Positions 1 through 11,568 of a stretch of 64,000 nt of DNA are shown piece by piece (the stretch's first letter is position 1; every line of letters begins with the position of its first letter). A program made the position numbers and the translations under genes. A model generated the notes under the pieces. It did not search any database. It worked only from the letters and a program-made list of their open reading frames with translations, and was not told where the DNA came from. This DNA comes from Caecitellus pseudoparvulus (Eukaryota > Protista > Bigyra: Bicosoecida): contig CBFFRQ010000066.1 of assembly GCA_965644315.1 (NCBI GenBank), positions 1 through 64,000 of the forward strand, written 5' to 3'.

Positions 1-1778
1 TGTCAAGCGGATGGCAGCCAGTGCGCGCCCCGCTGCTGGCTCCAGCCACTGACTGACGAATGCTTGCCAGCGTCCCGCGTCGGTCAGGCTTTCGGGTGGT
101 GACAGCAAACCACACCGAGCGAGGTACAGCAGCCGATCCGGCCTGAACACACCGGCGTGCCGCAGGAAGTCCCACAGCACGCCCGAGGTCGTCCCGTCAT
201 CTGCCCACTTCTCCAGCACTTCGTACGACTCCTGCAGCATGCGGGGCTGCAGCAGCGCCAGCATCATCTCCCAGCAGACCCGCTCCTGCGCAAGCACACA
301 CGCCCACGCACGTACACACACTGACGCGGCTCGTGGCAAGGCATCGCTCGCACGGCCACTGCGCCACTCACCCCAACGTGCATGAGTGCACACTGTGCTG
401 CTCGCACGGCTGCTGCGTCGCATGCTCCTCCCGCCTCCAGCTTGTCCACCGCCGCTTGGATCTTGTCCTTCTGTGGACCGGCCTTTCTCATGAAGTCTGC
501 AAAGCCCTGTCGCACGGTCTGCTCCATGTACTTTCGCCGGATGAAGGCCAGCGCCTTCCAGGTCTCAGGCTCCATGCACTGGCAGATCAGCCATCCATAT
601 GCGTTGTAGTGACCTTGGGGCCACAGCCAGCCTTCTTTCTGGTTCGCCAGCAGCTTGGAGGGGCCAGCATTCATGCAATCCCCAAGCAAGCCGCCATGCT
701 CCCGCACCATCCTTGGGTCAACTGCAGGCTGGTGCATCAGGTCATGCGTCTGTTTCAGCATGTCTGGTCTGAGCACTAGCTTCATCATCTCCACTGAGGG
801 TCGTTTCTGTGCCGGCGCGTCAAGCACGTGTGTGGGAGGTGAAGGGGCAAGGTTCCAGTGCAGCGCTACTACGCACGCAAGTCTCCACCACCGCATACTC
901 CGCTGTCAGCACGATGACATCATCGCAGCAGGTACTCTTCTTCACAGCTTCGATGGCGGCCTCGAGCTCAGAACGCACGTCCGGGACAACGTCATCCCAC
1001 GCCTCCTGCAGCTCCCGGTCTACCCATCGCCGTATGCCCGCCAGCTGCTGCGCGATCTTGCCCTGCGGTCGCTGCTGTCCAGCCCCTGCCGCCGAGCAGC
1101 CGCTCCGCTCTGCCTTCGCGACAGCCCGCTCTTGGTCTGCGGTTTTGCCGCCTCCCCGAGCCAGCACATTGACCAGTCCCTTCACGTCCAAGCCCCAGGC
1201 GCTGGTGAGGAGGCTGTGCGGGTCAAACCAGCGTCTTGGCAGCCCTCGCACTGGGCGGCCCTGGCACAAGCTCGCCAGCACGCTTGCCTGGAGCCCTGAA
1301 GTGAGCATGGCCAGGGGCGGTGCAGCCTGGAAACGCAGGAGGGTGGGTGGCAGTGTGACAGGCGCCACAGCCAGCGTCAGGCGTCGCCCAGCGTGCTCAC
1401 CCTGGAGTACCCAAGCACAGACATGGCGGTGCACAGGGCCGCGCCATGGACACCACTGGAGGCGGGGCTTGAGCAGAAGTCCATGGTGCGCACGCGCTCC
1501 TCCTGGCGGGTCACCCTGCTCAACGACCCCAGGTTCGCCGCCGGGCTCCCGGCCGGGTCGTGCACGGTGGCAGACGCAGGCCCGACCTGGTGTGCTTCAG
1601 TACATTGTGGGAACGCTGCGAGACGGCGTGTGTGTGCGGTGAGGCGGCCTGGCGCAGAGCTGGCGTTGCGGGGACACACAGCGCTCAAAAACCGCAGGCA
1701 GAGCGCTGCTCCACCAGTAGCAGGAGGCCCACGCGCCGCCCTTGTGTTGGTGGGCGAGCATGGCGCCTGCTGGGACAT
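1..1778 (-). CDS. Orphan helical-repeat protein, tandem copy 1 (3' end runs off the window)
   Basis: Model: exons 1778-1401, 1326-877, 806-372, 285-<1, joined by phase-0 GT..CAG introns 1400-1327, 876-807 and 371-286. This links ORFs 1377..1835, 820..1434 and 264..896 into one frame. The start codon is inferred from the M(S/L)QQAPC sequence shared with copy 2. Confidence 0.65.
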
Positions 1779-2253
1779 CGGGGCAGGCGTTTGTTTTGAG
1801 CGGCAGCGTGCTTCGTGCAGGTGGAAGTGGAGCAAGTTGGGAGTTTGTTGCGTGAGGCATCTCTGCCGTGGGCGAAGGTGCGAGGGCAGTCACTGCCGAT
1901 GGTCGTTCCATACGACATGCATTCCATAGTGCTTTCAAGCCGACAGATGGGTGGCTTCCTGACTGCACCCGGCTCCTGCCCACTGTGCAGGCGTGGCGCT
2001 AGTGATGCTCTCCGTGGCCTGCACGCCAGCCGCCAGTCTGCAGGCGTGCGCAGCACAGTCCGACCTTGCAGCACCAGCATCTGCAGTCTCAGCGCGCTGG
2101 GCCGCTCACAGCAGGAGTGGGGGGCACAGCACAGCTCAGACTTGCGTGCTCCGGTAAAGAACCAGCGGCGCGTGCGTTCCTCGGCTGGCGGCAAGGCCAC
2201 GGCACCCTGCTTGCAGAACACTGGCCTTCAGGTCTGTCTGGCAAGTGTCCCCT

Positions 2254-4736
2254 TCACAACATGAAAGAGCGGCCGTCCGCATCTCCGTGCGGCTGTCCAC
2301 GGTTCAGCGCAATCTGAGCATCCTGCAACGGGCTCAGCGGCCCTCGTGCGTGGCCCGCACCGCCCTTCGATGACGGCACCAGCAACGAGCACAGCTTTGC
2401 CCACGCGCCGTCAGACTGCTCTGCCTTGAGTCCAACATGCACCTCGCGACCCAGCTCATGGAGGCCAGGTGGGCGCACCGTCCAGCCGGCCTCCAGCTCC
2501 TCGCACAGCGCCGGCAGCTCCAACGCCATGCAGTCCGACAGGAACCCGGCAAGCACCCTGATCGCTGCTCCTTCGCCACACTCAGAGTTCCCCAGCAGCG
2601 TGTAGGACTGCTCCAGGACGTCTGGTCTGAGCAGCCGCAGCGCAGTCTTGAGCTTGAACAGGGGAGGGCGGCAGTGGAAGCCCTTCACAGCATGCCTTTC
2701 CTTCCTTTCCCAGCACGGGCAGTCGCAGCGGCGTTTGCGCTTCTTGTCATCCTTGCACCGAAGCATGAGAGCATACTTCGCCGCCAAGACAGCGTTCTCG
2801 AGGCCAGGCCTGCGCTGCAGCGCGCGCTCCAGAGTGCCCAGGGCAGCCTTCACCTGGCGCAGCTCAGACTCTGGCAGTCCATCAAGGGCAGGCTGGAAGC
2901 GCGTCTGAACAGTCTTCTTCAGCTCTGTCAAGCGGATGGCAGCCAGTGCGCGCCCCGCTGCTGGCTCCAGCCACTGACTGACGAATGCTTGCCAGCGTCC
3001 CGCGTCGGTCAGGCTTTCGGGTGGTGACAGCAAACCACACCGAGCGAGGTACAGCAGTCGATCCGGCCTGAACACACCGGCGTGCCGCAGGAAGTCCCAC
3101 AGCACGCCCGAGGTCGTCCCGTCATCTGCCCACTTCTCCAGCACTTCGTACGACTCCTGCAGCATGCGGGGCTGCAGCAGCGCCAGCATCATCTCCCAGC
3201 AGACCCGCTCCTGCGCAAGCACACACGCCCACGCACGTACACACACTGACGCGGCTCGTGGCAAGGCATCGCTCGCACGGCCACTGCGCCACTCACCCCT
3301 ACATGCATGAGTGCACACTGTGCTGCTCGCACAGCTGCTGCATCGCATGCTCCTCCCGCCCTCAGCCTGTCCACCGCCGCTTGGATCTTGTCCTTCTGTG
3401 GACCGGCCTTTCTCATGAAGTCTGCAAAGTCCTGTCGCACGGTCTGCTCCATGTACTTTCGCCGGATGAAGGCCAGCGCCTTCCAGGTCTCGGGCTCCAT
3501 CCACTGGCAGAACACCCACCCAATTGCGTTGTAGTGACCTTGGGGCCACAGCCAGCCTTCTTTCTGGTTGGCCAGCAGCTTGGAGGGGCCATGGTTCATG
3601 CAGCCCCCAAGCAAGCTACCATGTCTCTGTACCATCTTGGGATCAACTGCAGGCTGGTGCATCAGGTCATGCGTCTGTTTCAGGATGTCTGGTCTGAGCA
3701 CTAGCTTCATCATCTCCACTGAGGGTCGTTTCTGTGCCGGCGCTTCAAGCACGTGTGTGCGAGGCGAAGGGGCAAGGTTCCAGGGCGACGCCACGCACGC
3801 AAATGTTCACCACCGCATACTCCGCTGTCAGCACGATGGCCTCGTGGTAGTCGCTCTTCTCTGCAGCATTGGGTGCGATCGTATGGCAGACAGTGTCCTT
3901 CACAGCTTCGATGGCGGCCACGAGCTCGGAACGCGCGCCCGGGTCAATGTACCCCCACACCCTTGCCCGTCGCCGTTCCACCTCTCGCCGCATGTCCGCC
4001 AGTTGCTGCGCAATCTTGCCCTGCGGTCGCTGCTGTCCAGCCCCTGCCGCCGAGCAGCCGCTCCGCTCTGCCTTCGCGACAGCCCGCTCTTGGTCTGCGG
4101 CCTTGCTGCCGGCACGTGCCAGCACATTGACCAGTCCCTTCACGTCCAAGCCCCAGGCGCTGGTGAGGAGGCTGTGCGGGTCAAACCAGCGTCTTGGCAG
4201 CCCTCGCACTGGGCGGCCCTGGCACAAGCTCGCCAGCACGCTTGCCTGGAGCCCTGAAGTGAGCATGGCCAGGGGTGGTGCAGCCTGGAAACGCAGGAGG
4301 GTGGGTGGCAGTGTGACAGGCGCCACAGCCAGCGTCAGGCGTCGCCCAGCGTGCTCACCCTGGAGTACCCAAGCACAGACATGGCGGTGCACAGGGCAGC
4401 GCCATGGACACCACTGGAAGCGGGGCTTGAGCAGAAGTCCATGGTGCGCACGCGCTCCTCCTGGCGGGTCAGCCTGCTCAACGACCCCAGGTTCGCCGCC
4501 GCGCTCTCGGCCGGGTCGTGCACGGTGGCAGACGCAGGCCCGACCTGGTGTGCTTCAGTACATTGTGGGAACGCTGCGAGGCGGCGCGTGTGTGCGGTGA
4601 GGCGGCCTGGCGCAGAGCTGGCGTTGCGGGGACACACAGCGCTCAAAAACCGCAGGCAGAGCGCTGCTCCAACAGTAGCAGGAGGCCCACGCGCCACTCT
4701 TGTGTTGGTGGGCGGGCATGGCGCCTGCTGGAGCAT
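2254..4736 (-). CDS. Orphan helical-repeat protein, tandem copy 2 (3' end uncertain)
   Basis: Exons 4736-4359, 4284-3799, 3731-3297 and 3210-about 2254, with the same splice sites as copy 1. Internal repeats MMKLVLRPDILKQTH / MMLALLQPRMLQESY / ALRLLRPDVLEQSY. Confidence 0.65.
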
Positions 4737-4969
4737 TGGGCCAGGTGCTGGTGTCATGTGGTGGCGTGGCGTGCTTCGTGCAGGTGGAAGTGGAGCAAGT
4801 TGGGAGTTTGTTGCGTGAGGCATCTCTGCCGTGGGGGGCAAAATCGTCGCAGCAGCAAGGCACGCCATCGCCCCCCCTCCGTGCCCCCCCGATGTGCAAG
4901 TGGCTTGTGTCACCCCAGCTAGACTTCCACCTGGTGTTTGGTTGCCCCCCTCGTCCCTGTCACTACGAC

Positions 4970-6345
4970 ATGGCGGCAGGCGCAGGTACGACGGCCACGC
5001 TGGTCACCTGCATGCAGCAGGCAGGCGCCGACGACGCACCATGCGTCCGCTCACAGGCAGTGTGTGGAACGCCAATAGCTGGCACTGGGAGGAAAAGACG
5101 TGGGTGTGGCGGGGCAGGCTGCAGAGGCAGGCGGGGCCACCCTGTGGCTTTCCACGCCCACGCACAGGTACACGACATGGGCTAAGGAGGACTTGACAGA
5201 GCGCTTCGGCCAACTGGTTGTAAAGGGGGACAATCTGAACATCACTTTTCCGGAAGTCAGCGATTTCAAGGGCACTGTGCGTGCCGCCTCGGGGCAGGTT
5301 TTCGGGGGGGTGCATGTCAATTTCCGCAGCCAGTGCGACGCCCGACGTTCCCCCTGCACAGGCGGCACTGAACATCCGCAAGGGCAAGAAGATCCCCGTC
5401 GTGGACTTGACGATGAAGGTGAAGTTCGAGGCAGTGCGCCCCAGTGCGCCTGGCTCCAAGCCAGCCCATGGCTTCGTGTCTGTGGCTGACCTCATCGCTG
5501 ACGAAATCGAGGACGACTTTGACATCATGGTGACGCCCAAGACCGCGGGGCCCAAGTCAGACGATGCACGGCGCCTGCTGGCCTCCAAGGGCGCCTCTGC
5601 CATCCGCGGTGTGTTTCGCGCGTTCTTCGCTGCGTTGCAGCAGCGTGACGGCGGTGACGCCGCCCTGACTGCCGACGCAGCGCGGCGCCAGGCAGAGGCG
5701 GCAGTGGCGGCTGAAGCGGCTGCCAAAAGTGCTGCAGAGCAGGAAGCCATCGCCAAGGCCCGAGCGGCGGAGGAAGCGGCCATGGCGGCGGCAGAGGCTG
5801 AGCGCGCCGCCGCTGCGCAGGCCGCTGCGACAGCAGCCGCAGGTCCACAGCCCGTGCCAGCGCCCGCTGCGCAGCCAGAAGGCACAGGCAGCGTGTGGAA
5901 CCCGAACTCGTACCATTGGGAGGAAAAGCCGTTGACTGCGTGGGCAGCGGCGCGCCTGCGCGAGCTGCTGACGACGATGGATGTGGATTTGCCAGGCGGC
6001 ACGTTCAAAATCACCGACATCACGGAGCTGAAGGGGGACGCGTCAGCCTCCATTCGCAAGGGGAAGAAGCTGCTGTTCTTCGATTTCGACATCAAGGGGC
6101 AGTGGGAGGGGGAGATCGTGGACGGCGAGGGTGACATGCTGGCCACAGCAGACGGCGAGTGGCACATCCCGGAAATTGACCAGGACACTGACCTGGACGA
6201 CCCCGCCGAGTGCGAGGTGCGCGTGACGACTGACAAGGACGGCGACCGCGCCGACGAGCGCCTGAAGGACCTCGCACGCCAGCACGCCGTGCCCCACATC
6301 CGGGAGGTGCTGAAGCAGTTCGTGGCAGACATGCGGGCCAGGTGA
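4970..6345 (+). CDS. Hsp90 co-chaperone with two tandem Aha1 N-terminal domains
   Basis: Introns 4986-5056, 5100-5167 and 5277-5361. GSVWNANSWHWEEK and GSVWNPNSYHWEEK (NxNNWHW-type motif) are each followed by an IRKGKK motif. Confidence 0.85.
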
Positions 6346-6480
6346 GGTTGCTGCGGCAGAGTTGCGAGGGCGTGCATCGCACGCGCAGGGGCAAATGCAG
6401 ACCGGCCGACAAGTCCAGCCAGCCACAGGTTCTGCACACCCTCGTGCCGTGGCCAGGCTCGTCCCTCTCCCCACTGCAGC

Positions 6481-8164
6481 ATGGCGGGGTCTCTGGACTT
6501 CATCCTGCCGCCGCCCGATGCCCGCGGCATCGTGGACAAGACGGCGGAGTTCGTGGCCAAGAACGGGCCGGAATTCGAGGCGAAAATCAAGGAGAAACAA
6601 GGCGCAGACGTGAAGTTCTCCTTCCTGGAGCCGGACGACCCCTACCACGCGTACTACCGGGAGAAAGTCAAGCGGCTGGAGGCGGGGGACACTGCGGATT
6701 TAGCTGAGGAAGTAGCCAGTGCGTGCCCCTGCCGTGCTGCCCACGCCGTCCACAGCTGCCAATTTCAACGTTTCAGCCGCAATTTTCACATAACTCCCAC
6801 GATGTACCTGTGCAGAGGCTCGAGAGGCCGCAGAAGCTGCGGCGGCGGCGGAGGACGCAGATGCCTCGGAGGAGGCTGGCGCTGGCGCTGCGCCGGCAGA
6901 GGACACGGCCGTGACACGGGCAGCCGTCATCACACCGTACTTGGCAGCCAAGAAGCGTGTGCCAGAGGGGCCGCCCCCCAAGTTGCAGTTCGCCCTGGTG
7001 CACCCCACGCACCTGCACCCTGCGGAAGTTGACCGCATCAAGCTCACGGCACAGTACACGGCAGCAGGGGGGCGGGAGTTCCTGGGCGCGCTCACGGCAC
7101 GGGAGGCAGAGAACCCCGCATATGGCTTCTTGAAGCCGTCCAATGCCAACTTCGCCTACTTCACAGCGTTGGTGGACGCCTACAGCAAGGTGATCAACCC
7201 CCCCCCTGAACTGCGTCGGCGCGTGGCTGGTGTGGCCCAGGCGCCTCTGGCAGCCTTTGTCGCGTCCGTGCACCGTGTAGAGTGGCAACGGGCAGAGGAG
7301 GAGCGGCGGGCGCTGGAGACAGAGTCTGCCGCCGCCTCGCAGGCCATGGCAGCCATCGACTGGCACGACTTTGAGGTGGTGGACACCATCACCCTGACGG
7401 GGCAGGGGGTGGAGGGGGGGGTCGCAGCCCCTGCCGTGCAGGCCGCCGCCCCCACCGCCTCCTCCACGTACACGGGCCCTGGCGTCTCCAGCTCTGCGCC
7501 TGTTCGGGGGGCAGGCGGCAGTGACGACGACATGGACATGTCGGACATGGAAGAGGGGGAGGAGGAGGAGGGGGGTGTGGGGGGGGGTCAGGCCAGCACC
7601 CAGGCCGGCACACACACCGACGACACTCCAGGTGGGCCTGCCACTGCCGCTGTGGGGGGGGAGGACGACGACGACGACGAGGTGATCAACGTGCAGGCGG
7701 GGTATGTGCCCATCATCCCACCCCAGGCGGGTCGCCTGACGCACTTCCGCGACCCCAAGACGGGCCAGGCCGTGCCCATCGACTCCATCGCCGAACACAT
7801 GCGCATCCGGCTGCTGGACCCGCGCTGGCGCAAGGAGACGCAGCGGGCCCTGGAGAAGCAGAAGACCAGCTCGTACGTGACGGGGGAAGACGTGGCGGAG
7901 AATTTGCGGCGCCTGGCTGCACGGCGAGCAGACGTGTTCGGCGCGGAGGCCGCCAAGGCGCGCGCTGCGGTGGGGGACACGGCAGCTGGCTCGGCACATG
8001 CCCAGGTGGCGTGGGACGGCGACTACGCTTCTGCAGACGCCATGGCGGCGGCACGCAAGCAGGCGGCGGCGGCAGGGCTCATCCACAACGCAGCAGGGAA
8101 GGCCACTGGCACGGAGCAGGGCCCACAGTTGCCGCCAGCCTCCAAACGGGCCCGGACAGAGTGA
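6481..8164 (+). CDS. SF3A1: Splicing factor 3A subunit 1 / Prp21
   Basis: One intron, 6719-6815, joins the two frames. Two SURP domains (IVDKTAEFVAKNGPEFE; IKLTAQY..GREFL..L), plus IDWHDFEVVDTI and EHMRIRLLDPRW. Confidence 0.93.
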
Positions 8165-8304
8165 GGGGGGCGCAATGCAACGCACAGCAATGCACTGTGT
8201 ACAACACTCATCCCCCTGGTCACGCACGCAGTCACACTGCAGCTGCCATACACTCCCCCCTGACGCAGGGTGCGCCTGCAATTCACACTCGGCAGGCGAC
8301 AGCC

Positions 8305-8796
8305 ATGGACACCGCACCGGCTGCTGCGGCACAGGCCACGACAGTGCAGCCCGCCCTGCCGCGTTTCATCTTCCGCCTGGCCTTCGCCAAGGAGTGGCAG
8401 GGCACGCTGGACTCTGGCCTGTACACGGGCGGCGACCTGGACGCCACTGACGGCTTCATCCACCTCAGCACGCAGAGCCAGTGCCAGACGACAGCGCAGT
8501 TGTTCTTCAAGGGCGCCGAAGGCCTGCAGAGCTGGACGGTGGACACGACTAAACTGAAAGCCAGCACGTCGGTGTACCCAGGCGAGGCCGTGGCGGCGGC
8601 CGCCGACGCAGAGGGGGACAGGGAGCTGCGGTGGGAGCCGGCGCAAACACGCCCAGACGACGACCTTTTTCCGCACGTCTACGGCGGCGGCGGCGTGCCG
8701 GTGGATGCCATCGTGAAACGCACAGACCTGCCCCTGGGCGAGGATGGAGTGCCCACCTTCCCAGCGGAAGCCTTTGACACCTCTGCGCTGGAGTGA
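8305..8796 (+). CDS. DUF952 family protein
   Basis: Motifs YTGGDLDATDGFIHLST..Q..TA..FF, LRWE and LFPHVYG; intronless. Confidence 0.85.
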   Translation: MDTAPAAAAQATTVQPALPRFIFRLAFAKEWQGTLDSGLYTGGDLDATDGFIHLSTQSQCQTTAQLFFKGAEGLQSWTVDTTKLKASTSVYPGEAVAAAADAEGDRELRWEPAQTRPDDDLFPHVYGGGGVPVDAIVKRTDLPLGEDGVPTFPAEAFDTSALE

Positions 8797-9041
8797 GGCA
8801 GGGACCGGAGGCCCAGGCGGCTCCCCCTGACAATGCCTCAGCCGTGGCAGTGTGGGGCACTGCGCAGACACTGCCGCGCACACAACACAATTCACTGCAA
8901 CGTCTTCGAAGGTGATCCCCGCCAGGTGTGCCCCGCAGGCTGTGACGCACGCCCACACGCTGAAGGAGCAGTGCTTGTGCCCGACTGAGGAAGCAATTTC
9001 CGCAGCCTTCCCCCGCCTGCACACAGCACCTTCCAGCAGCC

Positions 9042-11437
9042 ATGCCCACGAAGATCCACCACAAGGGGCGCCTGCTCACGCCGGGCTACGTGAAGCCCAA
9101 GAAGCGCGGCGCAGATGGCCCCATCACCGGCGCCCGGCGCCTCTCGCGCATGGGCAAGAAGCAGCAGAAGGGCAAGGATGGCCTGGCTGTGCAGTATGTC
9201 ACGCGCGCCAAGGCGCTCAAGAAGCTGCAGCTGACCCTCCCCGAGTTCAGGTGCGTGCTGTGCGCGTGCTGGACCAGCGGCGCGGCGGCGCCTGGGCCCC
9301 GGGCGCCCTTTCGCATCGCCCGGCGTGTTCTGCTGGCTGAGCAGCGCATGCGACACGTTGGCCGCGCCTCCCGCCACTGTGCAGGCGCCTGTGCATTCTC
9401 AAGGGCATCTACCCGCGTGACCCACCCAAGGTGTCTGAGGGCCGCCAGCAGACGTACTACCACTACAAGGACATCCGTTTCCTGGCCCACGAGCCGCTGC
9501 TGGAGAAGTTCCGTTCAATTTCCGCATACATGAAGAAGGTGAACAAAGTCGCGCACAAGGGCGCCGTGGATCTGGCACGCCGCATGTATGCCCGACGACC
9601 TGAGTACACCCTGGACCACCTGGTGCGCGAGCGATACCCGCGTTTCCAAGACGCCGTCGCGGACCTGGACGATGCCCTGTGCATGGCGCACCTGTACGCC
9701 ACCCTGCCCGGCGACAAGCGCTACGTGGAGCCCGCCGTGACGGCCAAGGCGGCCCTGCTGTGCAAGCAGTGGGCCCTGTGGGTGTCCCGCACGCGCTCCC
9801 TGCGCAAGGTCTTCCTCACCATCAAGGGCGTATACTACCAGGCCTCAGTGTGCGGGCAAGACGTCACGTGGCTGGTGCCGTACAAGTTCGTGCAGGGGCT
9901 GCCCGACGACGTGGACTTCCCCGTCATGAACACCTTCATGGAGTTCTACGACGTCATGCTGCGGTTCACCATGTTCAAGCTGTACCACGACATTGGCCTG
10001 CAATTTCCGCCGCCCGAGGTGGCGGCTGCTGCAGACGCGGGGGCGTTTCTCGGTGCACTGCACCCCCAGGCACTGGGAACACATAACAGCACCGGTGTTC
10101 CTGCCTCCACTGCCGTCACGCCCGTGTCTGCAGGGGGCGCTGCGGCAGACGCCGTGCCGCTGGATCGATCCGTGGCGAGGGCTGCCGCTGCCGCTGCCGC
10201 TGGCGCGGGGGGGGATGCGGGTGACGAGGGGGGGTCTGAGGACAGTGACGGCGAGTCGGAGGAGGGGGGCGATGGACCCGCTGGTGGCGACGAGGAGGGC
10301 GAGGACATTACCTTGTTGGAGACGTTTGGCAAGGCGGATGGGGAGGAGGGGGATGCTGCCGCCACGGCCCTGGCGTCCGCCCGTGCCGCCACCGCCGCCA
10401 CGAAGAAGTTCCAACGGCTGTTCGAAGGCCTGGTGTTCTTCGCTGGCCGGGAGACGCCGCTGGAGCCGCTGGAGCTGCTGGTGACGTCGTTCGGGGGGCG
10501 CCTGGGGTGGGAGGGGCCGGGGTCGCCGCTGGAGGTGGACGACACGCGTATTACGCACCAGATCTGCGACCGCCCCAAAGTGCGCGGCACGCCCTTCGCC
10601 TCCCGCGAGTACGTGCAGCCCCAGTGGGTGTTCGACTCCATCAATGCCCGCATGTGCCTGCCCACTGGCCGGTACGCCCCTGGCAAGGTGCTGCCACCAC
10701 ACCTGAGTCCCTTTGTGGACGATGCTCGAGAGGGGTACATCCCCGCCTACCGCCAGGAGCTGGATGCTCTGGTGGCGGCGGCAGAGGGCAGGGCGGTGGC
10801 AGGGTCAGACGGCGGCGCGGAGGGTGGGCCCACCCCTGCGGAGGAAGCGCAGCACGCCGCTGAGCTGGCGGCAGAGGCAGCAGGCGCCCCCCGGGCCGTG
10901 GAGGCGCTGGATTCAGATGATGACTCTGAAGGCAGTGGTCGCGAGGGTGGTGTGAGCGGCGGCAGTACCGTGCGCGCGTCACGCCAGGGCCTGGGCAAGC
11001 TCGGCAAAGCCCCCAACAAGTTCGCAGACAGGTCAAAACTGCGCGGAGGTGTGGCAGGCATGCTGGGGAACTCACAAGCCCCCCTGACGGCGGAGCAGCT
11101 GCAGGGGCTGCAAGTGGGCGCCGACGGGCTGGTGGCGGAAGCGGCTGACGCGTCGGAGAAACGCGAGCTGGCCGCCAGCATGCTGTCCCGCAAGAAGCGC
11201 CGGCAGTACGACGTCGTGCAGAAATCCCTGCGCCGCAGCGAAAACCACCGCATGCGCCTGGCAGCCAAGCGCCAGCGCGTGCAGGAGCAAGGCGAAGAAG
11301 CCATCATGGCTGCCGACGACGAAACACCGAAACGCAGCAGCAAGACCCGCCGAGGCGCTGCTGCAGCAGATGCAGGCCAGGCAGCCTCCCAGAAGGCTGG
11401 CAGGGCCAAGAAGACGCGCTCCAAGCAACGCAAGTAG
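9042..11437 (+). CDS. PES1: Pescadillo / Nop7 ribosome biogenesis protein
   Basis: Intron 9251-9384 restores [30 protein letters not shown]. Also YYHYKDIRFLAHEP, ERYPRFQDA and the BRCT region REYVQPQWVFDSIN..LPPHLSPF. Confidence 0.96.
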
Positions 11438-11568
11438 ACGCCGCGCAATGCAGACTCCGTGCGAGCAAAGCCTGGCTCTGGACACTTTTGCTGCCTCATA
11501 CTTTGTTTGCTGAGATCCTGCTGCAGCGACGCCACACGGATCCGCGGGACAACTTTGCACGTACAGCC

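Larger units (their letters stand above)
1..4835. repeat. Head-to-tail segmental duplication: 1-1872 vs 2926-4835 (unit about 2.93-2.96 kb)
   Basis: tgtcaagcggatggcagcc at 1 recurs at 2926. Similarity continues to ...gcatctctgccgtggg at 1872/4835. The offset shifts from 2925 to 2958 across indels in intron 2 and exon 2. Confidence 0.97.
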
